DNA of 64,000 nucleotides from an uncultured Clostridia bacterium (GTDB lineage Bacteria; Bacillota; Clostridia; TANB77; CAG-508): NCBI GenBank assembly GCA_948976265.1, contig CARFUA010000003.1, positions 132,226 to 196,225 of the forward strand, read 5' to 3'. Shown piece by piece: positions 10,905 to 20,163 of this stretch (position 1 is its first letter; each line of letters starts with the position of its first letter). The notes under the pieces were generated by a model. It saw only the letters and a program-made list of their open reading frames with translations, ran no database searches and was not told where the DNA came from. The position numbers and the translations under genes were made by a program.

Positions 10905-11468
10905 ATGCCAAAATTTGTGTTAATTATCGGTCCACAGGCAGTTGGAAAAATGACGGTTGGACAGGAACTTTCGAAATTGATTGATTATAAGTTGTTTTAT
11001 AATCATATGACGATTGATTTATTATTGAATTTATTTGAACATAGTAGTGAACAATTTAAAAAATTAAATGGATTATTTCGCTTGCAGATTTTTGAGGAAT
11101 TTGCCAAAAGTGAGCAAAAAGGCATTATTTTTACAGGATGTTTCGATTTTGGAAATGACTGTGAAAAAGAAAAAGTGGAAACGGGAAAATGGATGAGTTT
11201 GTTTGAGGAATCGTATGTTGTGGAGTTGGAGACAACTTTAGAAGAACGTTTGCGTAGAAATAAAACAGCGAATCGATTGGAACATAAAGCTTCGAAACGA
11301 GATTTGGAATGGAGCGAAAATGAGCTTTTGAATTCGCTCAAAAAACACAGACTGAATTCTGAGCCAGGAGAAGGAGAAAAGATTTTCAAAAATTATTTGA
11401 AAATTGATAATACGAATCTTTCAGCTGAGGAAGTGGCGAAGATGATAAAAGAGAAATTTGAATTGTAG
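10905..11468 (+). CDS. P-loop kinase-like / AAA-family protein
   Basis: Walker A-like GPQAVGKMTVG at the N-terminus. 187 aa. Confidence 0.6.
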   Translation: MPKFVLIIGPQAVGKMTVGQELSKLIDYKLFYNHMTIDLLLNLFEHSSEQFKKLNGLFRLQIFEEFAKSEQKGIIFTGCFDFGNDCEKEKVETGKWMSLFEESYVVELETTLEERLRRNKTANRLEHKASKRDLEWSENELLNSLKKHRLNSEPGEGEKIFKNYLKIDNTNLSAEEVAKMIKEKFEL

Positions 11469-11483
11469 AAGAAGGGATGAAAT

Positions 11484-12011
11484 TTGAAAAGACGATTTGC
11501 AGATAGTGTAAAATATAAAGAAGATGTTATGGAAGTTCAGCAGAAAATGAAGTTTTTTGAGAATGAGAAATTTAGGGGAGATGTGTATTTGAATTATTTT
11601 GTAGAAGCAAAAAAGAAATATGTGTCTTTGGAAAAATTATGTATTCGAGCCAATCAGTATAAATGGTTGCAGTTTTATGATTATTCTTCCAATGTTTGTT
11701 TGACAGCAATTTATGATAATAAAAATGAAATTGTAGAATGGTATTTTGATATTGCTAAGAAAATTGGAAAAGAAAATGGAATTCCATATGAAGATGATTT
11801 GTATTTAGATGTTGTAGTAAATGCAAATTTCGAGATTATTTTATTAGACGAGGAGGATTTGCAAGATGCATTAGAAAAATCTCAAATTACAAAGGAGGAA
11901 TTTGACCAAGCTTATAAAACAGCAAATGATTTAATAGAAAAATTAAGGGGAAATGAGGTGAAATTAAAGAATTTTACGAATCAATATTTAGGAAAAATGT
12001 TAGAAAAATGA
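11484..12011 (+). CDS. DUF402-like (nucleoside di/triphosphatase-type) protein
   Basis: WYFDIAK....YEDDLYLDVVV pattern typical of DUF402. TTG start. Confidence 0.5.
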   Translation: MKRRFADSVKYKEDVMEVQQKMKFFENEKFRGDVYLNYFVEAKKKYVSLEKLCIRANQYKWLQFYDYSSNVCLTAIYDNKNEIVEWYFDIAKKIGKENGIPYEDDLYLDVVVNANFEIILLDEEDLQDALEKSQITKEEFDQAYKTANDLIEKLRGNEVKLKNFTNQYLGKMLEK

Positions 12012-12023
12012 TAGGAGGTAGAA

Positions 12024-12488
12024 ATGGATATAAAGATAGAAATGCCAAAAATAGAAGATTTGGAAAAAGTAAATACATTAGCCAAACAAGTTCACGAGAT
12101 GCATGTTGCATGGAGACCAGATTTATATTTGCGTGTGGAAGAGGTGATTCAAAAGGAATATTTTGAAAGTTTAATTGAAAACGAGGAAATATTTGTCGCA
12201 AAATTGGAAAATGAAATTGTGGGTTATGTTACGATTTCGATGCAGGAGAAAAATCATCATGGTCTTAAATTTAGAAAATATTTGAAAATTGATGCTATTT
12301 GTGTGGATGAAAAATGGAGAGAAAAAGGAATTGGAAATGCGTTATTGAATTTTGCAAAAGATTTTGGAAAAAAGAATGGTTGCACAGATTTGTCTTTGAC
12401 AGTAAATCGAGAAAATGAGAAGGCAATTAAAGTATATGAAAATTTTGGCATGAAAGTGAAAAGTATAGCGTATTCAATGGAAATTTAA
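12024..12488 (+). CDS. GNAT family N-acetyltransferase
   Basis: WREKGIGNALL motif and the expected size. Confidence 0.75.
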   Translation: MDIKIEMPKIEDLEKVNTLAKQVHEMHVAWRPDLYLRVEEVIQKEYFESLIENEEIFVAKLENEIVGYVTISMQEKNHHGLKFRKYLKIDAICVDEKWREKGIGNALLNFAKDFGKKNGCTDLSLTVNRENEKAIKVYENFGMKVKSIAYSMEI

Positions 12489-12500
12489 GGAGGGAAGAAA

Positions 12501-13068
12501 ATGAAATATTTTAAAAAATTAGTGGGACAAAATCTTTATTTATCGCCGATGAATGTAGAAGATGCAGAAAAATATGTGGAATGGTTTTGCGATTTTCGTG
12601 TAACAGATGGAGTTGGAAGAAGTGCGCGGGATGATGGGAATTGAGGCTGAGAAAGCTTGGATGGAAGAAGCGATGAATAAAAAAAATGAGTTTTATTTTT
12701 CAATTGTAAAAATGGAAAATGACAAATTAATTGGAAATTGTGGTTTGCATGATATTAGCTATCCAAATCGAACGGGGACGGTTGGTATTTTTATTGGGGA
12801 TGAAGAAAATAGAAGTCGTGGTTTGGGGACAGAAGTTTTGAGATTGTTGTTAGATTATGGTTTTCATTATTTGAATTTGAATAATATTATGCTAAACGTT
12901 AAATCCTTTAATGAAAGAGCAATTAAGTGTTATGAAAAAGTTGGGTTTAAGGAATTTGGAAGAAGAAGACAAAGTTATTTCTTGAATGGAAAATATTATG
13001 ATGATGTTCAGATGGATATTTTGGCGGAGGAGTTTGAAGGAGATTATATTAAAAATAAGAATATTTAA
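12501..13068 (+). CDS. RimJ/RimL-like GNAT acetyltransferase, interrupted by a +1 frame break at CGG 12627
   Basis: The 5' part (MKYFKKLVGQNLYLSPMNVEDAEKYVEWFCDFRVTDGVGRSA) stops at 12642. The rest (..MMGIEAEKAWMEE...RGLGTEVL..) continues in the +1 frame to 13068. The frame-shift window is 12604-12641. Confidence 0.75.
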
Positions 13069-13121
13069 ACGTTATATTTTACCAAGATGATTTACAAAAA
13101 TGTGAAATTTATGTAAATATA

Positions 13122-13151
13122 TTGACAAATATAGTAAATTTGTGCTATTAT
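13122..13151 (+). promoter_or_regulatory. sigma-A type promoter of the asnA leader
   Basis: TTGACA, 18-nt spacer, then TGcTATTAT (extended -10). Confidence 0.6.
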
Positions 13152-13159
13152 AATAATAT

Positions 13160-13449
13160 AAATGCGATGAAGAGGAAAAGTAACTTTACATTTTATATCA
13201 GTGAGCTGTGTATAGTGTGAAACAGTTATAAAAGTTTAGTGAAAGAACACCTCTGAGCAGACTACCGAAAAGCTATTTGAGCTTAGTAGACTAGTTCGGA
13301 AGCAATCCGTCATCATATTGCTATGCTTGTTGGAGCAGAATAAAAAGTGATTATTAAAGTTTTGAGATAGATGTTATCTTTAATAATAAATAAGGTGGCA
13401 CCGCGGATACCTGTATTCGTCCTTATTGTAGGATGATACAGGTATTTTT
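13160..13449 (+). promoter_or_regulatory. T-box riboswitch leader, specifier AAC (Asn)
   Basis: Stem I GA motif (GCGATGAAGAGG..AGTA). Specifier loop GAAAG-AAC-A. Conserved T-box AATAAGGTGGCACCGCGG. Terminator ATACCTGTAT...ATACAGGTAT plus a T run. Lies upstream of asnA. Confidence 0.85.
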
Positions 13450-13638
13450 GTATGGAAAGGAGGAAATTTTATGTTATTAAAGATAATCAATTAGTGCGAA
13501 AGAAAATTAATGAAAAGTGAGGTGGTTATAATGGAAAGTGAAAATGATAATGATAATATTGAAAGAATGTAAAATGATATGTCCTACAAATATCTTAATT
13601 TATTGATAAAAAATTAAATTAAGAAAGAAGGAATTAAA

Positions 13639-14601
13639 ATGGAAAGAAAAATAAGTTATTTAGAAACATTAAAGGCAATTGATACCTGTAAAAAACACTT
13701 TGAAAGTCAATTAGAGGTAAGATTAGGATTAATAAAAGTACAGAGTCCTATATTTTTAAAAACGTCTACAGGATTACAAGATAGATTAACAGGAATCGAA
13801 AAGGCGGTCAGCTTTAAAAAAGGAGAACAAAAATTTGAAATTATACATTCTCTGGCAAAATGGAAAAGAGTATCACTTGAAAAATATCAAATGCCAATTC
13901 ATGAAGGAATATACACAGATATGAAAGCTATCAGAAAAGATGAAGTGGTTGATGATATTCATTCCTTATATGTTGAACAATGGGATTGGGAAAAAGTTAT
14001 TGATAAAAGTGATAGAACAATAGATTATTTAAAAGATACCATAAGAAGTATTTATAAAGCAATTAGGCAAACATCAATTTTTATGAAAAGGAAATATCAT
14101 TATTTGACTTTGGATTTGCCTAAAACAGTATATTTTATAACCAGTCAGGAATTGGAAGATAAATATCCAGCTAAGACACCACAAGAAAGAGAACAATTAA
14201 TTGGAAAAGAGAAAAGGGCAGTGTTTATAATAGGGATTGGAGATAAATTGAAATCTGGAATGGTGCATGATAAAAGAAGCCCAGATTATGATGATTGGGA
14301 ATTAAATGGAGACTTATTGATTTATGATAGAGTAATTGACAAAACAATAGAGATTTCTTCGATGGGAATAAGAGTAGATGAAAAATCTTTAAAAGAACAA
14401 CTGGAAAAGTCTGCTTGTATGGATAGAATTGATTTTCCATATCATCAAAAAATATTAAAAAAAGAATTACCTTATACAATTGGTGGCGGTATAGGTCAAT
14501 CAAGAATATTGATGTTAATACTTGAAAAAAAGCATATAGCAGAAGTTCAGGCATCTTCGTGGGAAGAAAAGATAGAATTAGAAGGGAGGCAAATATTATA
14601 A
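13639..14601 (+). CDS. asnA: aspartate--ammonia ligase (asparagine synthetase A)
   Basis: 320 aa, class II aaRS-like AsnA signature (SSMGIRVD, GGGIGQSR). Preceded by the Asn T-box. Confidence 0.9.
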   Translation: MERKISYLETLKAIDTCKKHFESQLEVRLGLIKVQSPIFLKTSTGLQDRLTGIEKAVSFKKGEQKFEIIHSLAKWKRVSLEKYQMPIHEGIYTDMKAIRKDEVVDDIHSLYVEQWDWEKVIDKSDRTIDYLKDTIRSIYKAIRQTSIFMKRKYHYLTLDLPKTVYFITSQELEDKYPAKTPQEREQLIGKEKRAVFIIGIGDKLKSGMVHDKRSPDYDDWELNGDLLIYDRVIDKTIEISSMGIRVDEKSLKEQLEKSACMDRIDFPYHQKILKKELPYTIGGGIGQSRILMLILEKKHIAEVQASSWEEKIELEGRQIL

Positions 14602-14711
14602 GGGAGGATTATGATAATAAAAGAAACTTATTATTTATGAAATTATCTATACAAATTTGACATTTTATGATATAAATTAACTAAATAAAAAAACGAAAGG
14701 TTTGATAAAAA

Positions 14712-15368
14712 ATGAAAATTACAAAATTTCCACAATCTTGTTTATTCATTGAAACAAGAAATAAGAAAATTTTAATTGACCCAGGAACTTTAAAATATAA
14801 GGATGAGTATTTTGCTATTTGGAATACAGTAGATATTGTTTTGGTTACGCATAAACATCCTGACCATTATAACACAGAAGTGCTTAAAAAACTAAATCAA
14901 AATATCAAAATTTATTCCACAGAAGAAGTACAAAATGTGGATAAAAGCATTGCTATTCAAATTGTAAAAGAAAATGATGTGATTGAATTAGGCGATGTAA
15001 AAATTGAAGTAGTGCATGCGATTCATGGTTACCAACCATTGCTAAAAGGTGACAAAGAAATTCATGAAAATGTTGGCTATATTGTGGATGATGGTAAAAA
15101 TCGTTTATACGCAACAAGTGATACGATTTGCTTCAAAAACGATTACAAGGCAGATATTTTGTGTACTCCAGTCACAGGGCATGGATTGACAATGTCGGCT
15201 TTTGAAGCAGCACTTTATGCCAAAGAAGTTGGTGCTATTTTGACGATTCCAATTCACATGGATAATCCAGCTTTTCCGCCAGATTTCAAATTCATACAAG
15301 AAATGTTTGACAAATATGAAGTGGAATATGAAATTTTGGAAAATGATGAAACGATGGAAATTGAATAG
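14712..15368 (+). CDS. MBL-fold metallo-hydrolase
   Basis: THKHPDH motif. 218 aa. Confidence 0.75.
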   Translation: MKITKFPQSCLFIETRNKKILIDPGTLKYKDEYFAIWNTVDIVLVTHKHPDHYNTEVLKKLNQNIKIYSTEEVQNVDKSIAIQIVKENDVIELGDVKIEVVHAIHGYQPLLKGDKEIHENVGYIVDDGKNRLYATSDTICFKNDYKADILCTPVTGHGLTMSAFEAALYAKEVGAILTIPIHMDNPAFPPDFKFIQEMFDKYEVEYEILENDETMEIE

Positions 15369-15376
15369 GAGTGAAT

Positions 15377-16183
15377 ATGGAAAGAATACTCGTTTTGGGA
15401 ACAGGCGACGCAATTACATTGAATTGTTTTAATACGTGTTTTGTATTAGAAAATAATGGAAAATATTTATTAGTTGATACTGGAGGCGGAAGCCAAGTGA
15501 TTAACCAAATCCAAAAGGTTGGTGTCGACATTTCGGATATTCATGATATGTTTGTATCACATAAGCATATTGACCATTTGCTAGGGATATTTTATGTTTT
15601 GCGCATGGTTTGTTATAAAAAAAGTAAGCAAGAATATATGGGAAAATTAAATATTTATTGTGCTAAAGAAGTAAAAGAAATTGTTGAAAAATTTGTGCTA
15701 GATACGTTTTCCAAAAAGTATGATGAGATTTTTCAAGAGAATGTGATTTTTCATGAAATTGAAAATGAACAAGAATATTCTGTGATTGGTTATCCAATGA
15801 AAATTCTGGATTTATATCCGAAAGAAGATTTGATACAATATGGTTTTCAAATCAAATTGAACAGTGGAAAAATATTTACTTTTTTGGGCGATATTCCATG
15901 TAGTGAAAAGTTATATGATAAAATTAGAAATACGGATTGGGTTTGCCATGAGGCGTTTTGTCAAGAGACAGAAAAAGAAATTTACAATCCACATCAGCAC
16001 TATCATTCGACTGTAAAAGATGTGGCAGAAAACATGCGAAGTTTGGAGATAAAAAACTTAATTTTGTGGCATACGAGAGATAATAATTTAGCAAACCGAA
16101 AAGAATTATATACGCAAGAAGCAAAAGAGTATTTTGCAGGAAATGTGTATGTGCCAGATGATTTGGAGGAAATTATTTTGTAA
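15377..16183 (+). CDS. MBL-fold metallo-hydrolase (RNase Z-like)
   Basis: LGTGD and SHKHIDH motifs. Confidence 0.7.
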   Translation: MERILVLGTGDAITLNCFNTCFVLENNGKYLLVDTGGGSQVINQIQKVGVDISDIHDMFVSHKHIDHLLGIFYVLRMVCYKKSKQEYMGKLNIYCAKEVKEIVEKFVLDTFSKKYDEIFQENVIFHEIENEQEYSVIGYPMKILDLYPKEDLIQYGFQIKLNSGKIFTFLGDIPCSEKLYDKIRNTDWVCHEAFCQETEKEIYNPHQHYHSTVKDVAENMRSLEIKNLILWHTRDNNLANRKELYTQEAKEYFAGNVYVPDDLEEIIL

Positions 16184-16203
16184 ACTTAAGTAAACAAAGT
16201 TTT

Positions 16204-16236
16204 GAAAGAAAGCGACAAAAAGCTTTCTTTTTTTAC
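16204..16236 (+). terminator. rho-independent terminator
   Basis: GAAAGAAAGC...GCTTTCTTT stem followed by a T run. Confidence 0.75.
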
Positions 16237-16284
16237 TTTTGTATGATACAATCAAATGGAAAATTAAAAATAAGGAGAAAACAA

Positions 16285-17067
16285 ATGAACGAAGTTGCAG
16301 TAGCCATTCAAAATGATAATAAAAATGTAACCCCAATTGAAACCATTGATGCGATAAAAAAAGCTGGTTTCAAAAATGCTTTTGTACAATGGTATAACGA
16401 AGATTGGGCGTGTAGTCAGCAAGAGCAGTTGGATTATGCGCGAAAAGTAGGATTGAATATTATTTGTGCGCATTTGGGTTATAAAAAGGTTAATGAAATT
16501 TGGCGAGATAATGAAACAGGAGAAGCGTTTGTCGAACGATATAAAAATGATTTGCGTATCTGTAAGAAAAATAATATTTCGCTTGTTGTGATGCATTTGA
16601 TTGGAACGAATCCTGAAATTATTTGTAGTGAAATAGGTTTGCGTAGAATTAAGGAAATTGTTGATTATGCGGAAGAATTGGGCATCAAGATTGCTTTTGA
16701 AAATACGAAAAGATATGAATATTTAGAATATGTATTTTCTCATTTAGATAATAGTAACATTGGACTTTGCTATGATTCAGGACACTGCCATATTTTTTTT
16801 GATGATAAATTTGATTATGAATTTTTCAAAAATCGAATTTTCACTGTTCACTTGCATGACAATGACAAATCCGACGACTTGCATTTAATGCCATTTGACG
16901 GAACGATTGATTGGGAACATGTAATGCACCAATTAAAAGAATGTCATTTTGAGGAACCAATTACATTGGAATTGACGTATCGTTATCATTATTTAGAAAT
17001 GTCCATTGAAGAATTTTATCAAAAGGGATATGAAGTAGCAAATCAATTGGCAAAGATGATGAAATAA
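16285..17067 (+). CDS. sugar phosphate isomerase/epimerase (xylose isomerase-like TIM barrel)
   Basis: The FEN, DSGH and HLHDN metal-ligand pattern. RBS TAAGGAGAAAA lies before ATG 16285. Confidence 0.7.
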   Translation: MNEVAVAIQNDNKNVTPIETIDAIKKAGFKNAFVQWYNEDWACSQQEQLDYARKVGLNIICAHLGYKKVNEIWRDNETGEAFVERYKNDLRICKKNNISLVVMHLIGTNPEIICSEIGLRRIKEIVDYAEELGIKIAFENTKRYEYLEYVFSHLDNSNIGLCYDSGHCHIFFDDKFDYEFFKNRIFTVHLHDNDKSDDLHLMPFDGTIDWEHVMHQLKECHFEEPITLELTYRYHYLEMSIEEFYQKGYEVANQLAKMMK

Positions 17068-17070
17068 ACA

Positions 17071-17100
17071 AAAAACTCTGACAGATAAGCCAGAGTTTCT
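17071..17100 (-). terminator. hairpin terminator between convergent genes (the T run is on the minus strand)
   Basis: AAACTCTG...CAGAGTTT stem. The minus strand reads the stem followed by TTTTTTG. Confidence 0.6.
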
Positions 17101-17137
17101 GTCCAAAAGTAACAAATGAAATTACTTTTGTATGGCA

Positions 17138-17485
17138 TTACAAGCATTCTAACGAAGCCGTATGAACAAGCCAGAGTTTTCCTTGTTGATAGCTGCTTAC
17201 TTTCACAATTTGACAGAAAAGACCGTCAAATTCCATTGTTGCAAAATGAGCCTCCTTGATTTGTTTATAGAAGGTTTCTTTTGGAACGAGCTCTACTTGA
17301 GAACTGCGAATTTCCACAAGGATAGACACTTCTTCCAGTTCTTCGAGAAAAGTTCTTGCGTTAGCAACCCTTCTTTCATGATTTGCCTGTAGCGCTGGGT
17401 CTGATGGGTTAGTAAAATGTATAATTTCATTTAACCGCTTCTTTTTTGTTTCAAGAATTTTTTTGATTTTTGCTTCTGTTACCAT
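17138..17485 (-). CDS. hypothetical protein (115 aa)
   Basis: Minus-strand ORF with an AAGGAGGAAAATC RBS before its ATG. Contains one in-frame CGG (AAG CGG TTA). Confidence 0.6.
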   Translation of the reverse strand: MVTEAKIKKILETKKKRLNEIIHFTNPSDPALQANHERRVANARTFLEELEEVSILVEIRSSQVELVPKETFYKQIKEAHFATMEFDGLFCQIVKVSSYQQGKLWLVHTASLECL

Positions 17486-17638
17486 GATTTTCCTCCTTAA
17501 TTTGGCGTTTTTCTTCCATTGTAAAAACTGGGAGAAAAAGTTAATGATTAATATACAATATAATTATATCATATTTTACATAAAATGTCAAATTGTCTTG
17601 TTTACAAAGACAATTTTCAAAGAAAGAGGAATTTTAAA

Positions 17639-18652
17639 ATGAAAAATAGAAACGGAAAGATTGAAAAATTAATAAAGCAATTTCATTTGGGAAATTCAAT
17701 TATAGAGGTAAGTCCAATAACAGGTGGTTTGTCGCATCGAATGTATAAAGTCGTGACAGATAGCGGAATATATGCAGTAAAAGAATTAAATCCAGGAATT
17801 ATGAAAAGGGAAGAAGCGTATTCGAATTTTGTGTTTTCAGAGAAAGTCTCAAACTTGGCAAAAGAAAATGGAATGCCAGTAATTTCAGCGATTAAGTTAG
17901 AAAATGAAGTGATTAGGCAAGTAGGAAGCGACTTTTTTATGGTATTTCCTTATTTAGAAGGCAAGCTATTAAAGTCAGAAGAAATCACCGAAAAACATTG
18001 TGCGATAATGGGAGAAATGCTAGCCAAATTACATTTAATTGACTTTTCTAACATCGAGGAAGAAACAAGAAAGCAAAAAGAAATCCAGAAAATAGACTGG
18101 AACTCGTATCTAGCATTAGCCAAAAAAGAAAACAAAAGTTATGTTACAATGTTAGAGCAAAATGGTGATTTGTTAGATGAATTGTGCGAAAAGTCAAATA
18201 TGGCAATTCTGGAAGCGAATCAAGATTTGATTGTGAGTCATCGTGATTTGGACCGAAAAAATGTAATGTGGCAAAATGAGAATCCATTTATTATTGATTG
18301 GGAAGCTAGTGGTTATATCAATCCACTAATTGAATTAATTGGAGTTGCTTGGAATTGGGCTGGTGGAGATGTTGAAAAATTTCAGGTTTGCAAATTTGAA
18401 ATCGTGGTAAATCATTATCAGAAATTTGCTAAAAGGAAATTTGATGAACAACTTAACAAAATCGTTTATGCGGGTATTTACGATGGACTTCAGTGGATAA
18501 AATATAATTTGGAAAGGTCACTTTGCATTGGAAATTCTTATCAAGCAGATGAAATCGAATTGGCTGAAAATGAGATTAGGCAATCGATTGGAGAGATTAA
18601 GTATTATGTAAGTCAGATAAATAAAATGGTAGAAATTTTGGAGAAAAATTAG
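17639..18652 (+). CDS. aminoglycoside/choline-kinase family phosphotransferase (APH-like)
   Basis: HRDLDRKNVMW catalytic loop and the IIDWE motif. Confidence 0.75.
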   Translation: MKNRNGKIEKLIKQFHLGNSIIEVSPITGGLSHRMYKVVTDSGIYAVKELNPGIMKREEAYSNFVFSEKVSNLAKENGMPVISAIKLENEVIRQVGSDFFMVFPYLEGKLLKSEEITEKHCAIMGEMLAKLHLIDFSNIEEETRKQKEIQKIDWNSYLALAKKENKSYVTMLEQNGDLLDELCEKSNMAILEANQDLIVSHRDLDRKNVMWQNENPFIIDWEASGYINPLIELIGVAWNWAGGDVEKFQVCKFEIVVNHYQKFAKRKFDEQLNKIVYAGIYDGLQWIKYNLERSLCIGNSYQADEIELAENEIRQSIGEIKYYVSQINKMVEILEKN

Positions 18653-18661
18653 GAGGTTAAA

Positions 18662-19579
18662 ATGTTAGCAAATCGATTAAAAGTAGGAGATACGATTGGA
18701 ATTATTTCGCCATCAGCGCCTATTACAAAGGAAGTAATGGAGCAGTTTCAAGAAGGGTTAAAAGTATTTGAAAATTTGGGATTTAAAGTGAAATTAAGTA
18801 AAAATGTATATGCAAATACCTTCGGTTATTCTGCTACAACAAATGAGAAAGTGGAAGATATCCATGAAATGTTTTCAAATAAAGATGTAAAAGCAATTAT
18901 ATGTTCTCAAGGTGGACAAAATTCAAATGCAATTCTTCCATTTTTAGATTATGAGTTAATTAAAAATAATCCAAAAATAATATTAGGAATTAGTGATTCT
19001 ACAGCTTTGTTAAATGCTATTTATGCTAAAACAGGAATGATAACCTATCATCAAAACGATGTTATTTGGGGGTTAGGAAGAGAAGTATCGCAAAAAGAAA
19101 TGAATGATTTTACGATGCGATTAATGGATGGTAAAATTGGAGAAATAGAACATTTTACCAAATGGAAAACTTTAAAAGAGGGACAAACGGAAGGATATTT
19201 GGTAGGAGGAAATTTGTCTACTTTTACGAAATTATTAAATAGTAAGTTTTGTCCAGATTTTGAAAATAAAATATTATTTTTAGAAGAATATGCGGAAGAA
19301 TCGCCTTTAGATGAAGTAGATAGTAGAATAAATTTGTTGAAACAGAATAAAGTATTTGAAAAAATAAATGGTTTGTGGATTGGATATTATGAAAGTGATA
19401 CAGAAAACGCAAAGTTTGAAGATGTTGTCATGAACAACTTAAAAGAATATCATTTTCCGCTATTAAAATGCAACGATTTTGGCCACAATTGTGAAAATGT
19501 GGTGATTCCCATTGGAGCAAAAGTCAAGTTGGATGCGACGAATTGTCAAGTTGAAATTTTAGAAAAAATATTGGAATAG
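18662..19579 (+). CDS. S66 family LD-carboxypeptidase / MccF-like peptidase (second copy)
   Basis: GDTIGIISPSAP and ILGISDSTALL motifs. 305 aa. Confidence 0.75.
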   Translation: MLANRLKVGDTIGIISPSAPITKEVMEQFQEGLKVFENLGFKVKLSKNVYANTFGYSATTNEKVEDIHEMFSNKDVKAIICSQGGQNSNAILPFLDYELIKNNPKIILGISDSTALLNAIYAKTGMITYHQNDVIWGLGREVSQKEMNDFTMRLMDGKIGEIEHFTKWKTLKEGQTEGYLVGGNLSTFTKLLNSKFCPDFENKILFLEEYAEESPLDEVDSRINLLKQNKVFEKINGLWIGYYESDTENAKFEDVVMNNLKEYHFPLLKCNDFGHNCENVVIPIGAKVKLDATNCQVEILEKILE

Positions 19580-19712
19580 AAGGCTTTTAAATAATAAAGT
19601 TTGGTTTTCTGAAATATGCCTCACTTTTAATTATATCACATTTTTGAAATTATATCAACTTGACAAAAACTCAAAATTATGCTATTCCTTGATTTTGTGG
19701 GATTATATCCAT

Positions 19713-20060
19713 TCAAAATTTAGCTTCACGAACAATCTCACTTTTGAAAAACCTCTCCTGAAAATTCACCAAAACGCGAATTTCCTCATCTGAAAACTCT
19801 CGATTTTCAGGCACAACAATTAATTTATCGTCATCGTCATCAAGGCGATGAATTATGGCAATACATTTTCCACAAAATGTTTGCAATGGTTCGGAAACGC
19901 CTAAAATACAAGCATCTAATTCTTCGCCATCACCACTTATCGTATGAGGGATATATCCATAATTGACAGGATAAATGAAATCCCAATCTGGATGTTTACT
20001 TCCTAGTGGTCGGTCGATTTTTACGGTTACTATTTTTCCTAAAAATTGTTTGTTATCCAT
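19713..20060 (-). CDS. short inorganic pyrophosphatase-family protein
   Basis: YPVNYGYIP.T.SGDGEELD and DDK..VV motifs resembling family I PPases. Only 115 aa. Confidence 0.55.
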   Translation of the reverse strand: MDNKQFLGKIVTVKIDRPLGSKHPDWDFIYPVNYGYIPHTISGDGEELDACILGVSEPLQTFCGKCIAIIHRLDDDDDKLIVVPENREFSDEEIRVLVNFQERFFKSEIVREAKF

Positions 20061-20163
20061 GTTTCTCTCCTTAGTTTTAATAGTTACATTATATCATATA
20101 TATTTTATTTTTAAAACTTGAAATTAATATAATTTTCTGATAAAATAAGGCAAAGGAGAACCG

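Noticed and set aside
14657-14685. TTGACATTTTATGA... element upstream of the first MBL hydrolase gene. It resembles the conserved promoter cassette
   Set aside because: It shares only the first 14 nt. No acceptable -10 hexamer lies at 16-18 nt spacing, so it was not called as a promoter copy.
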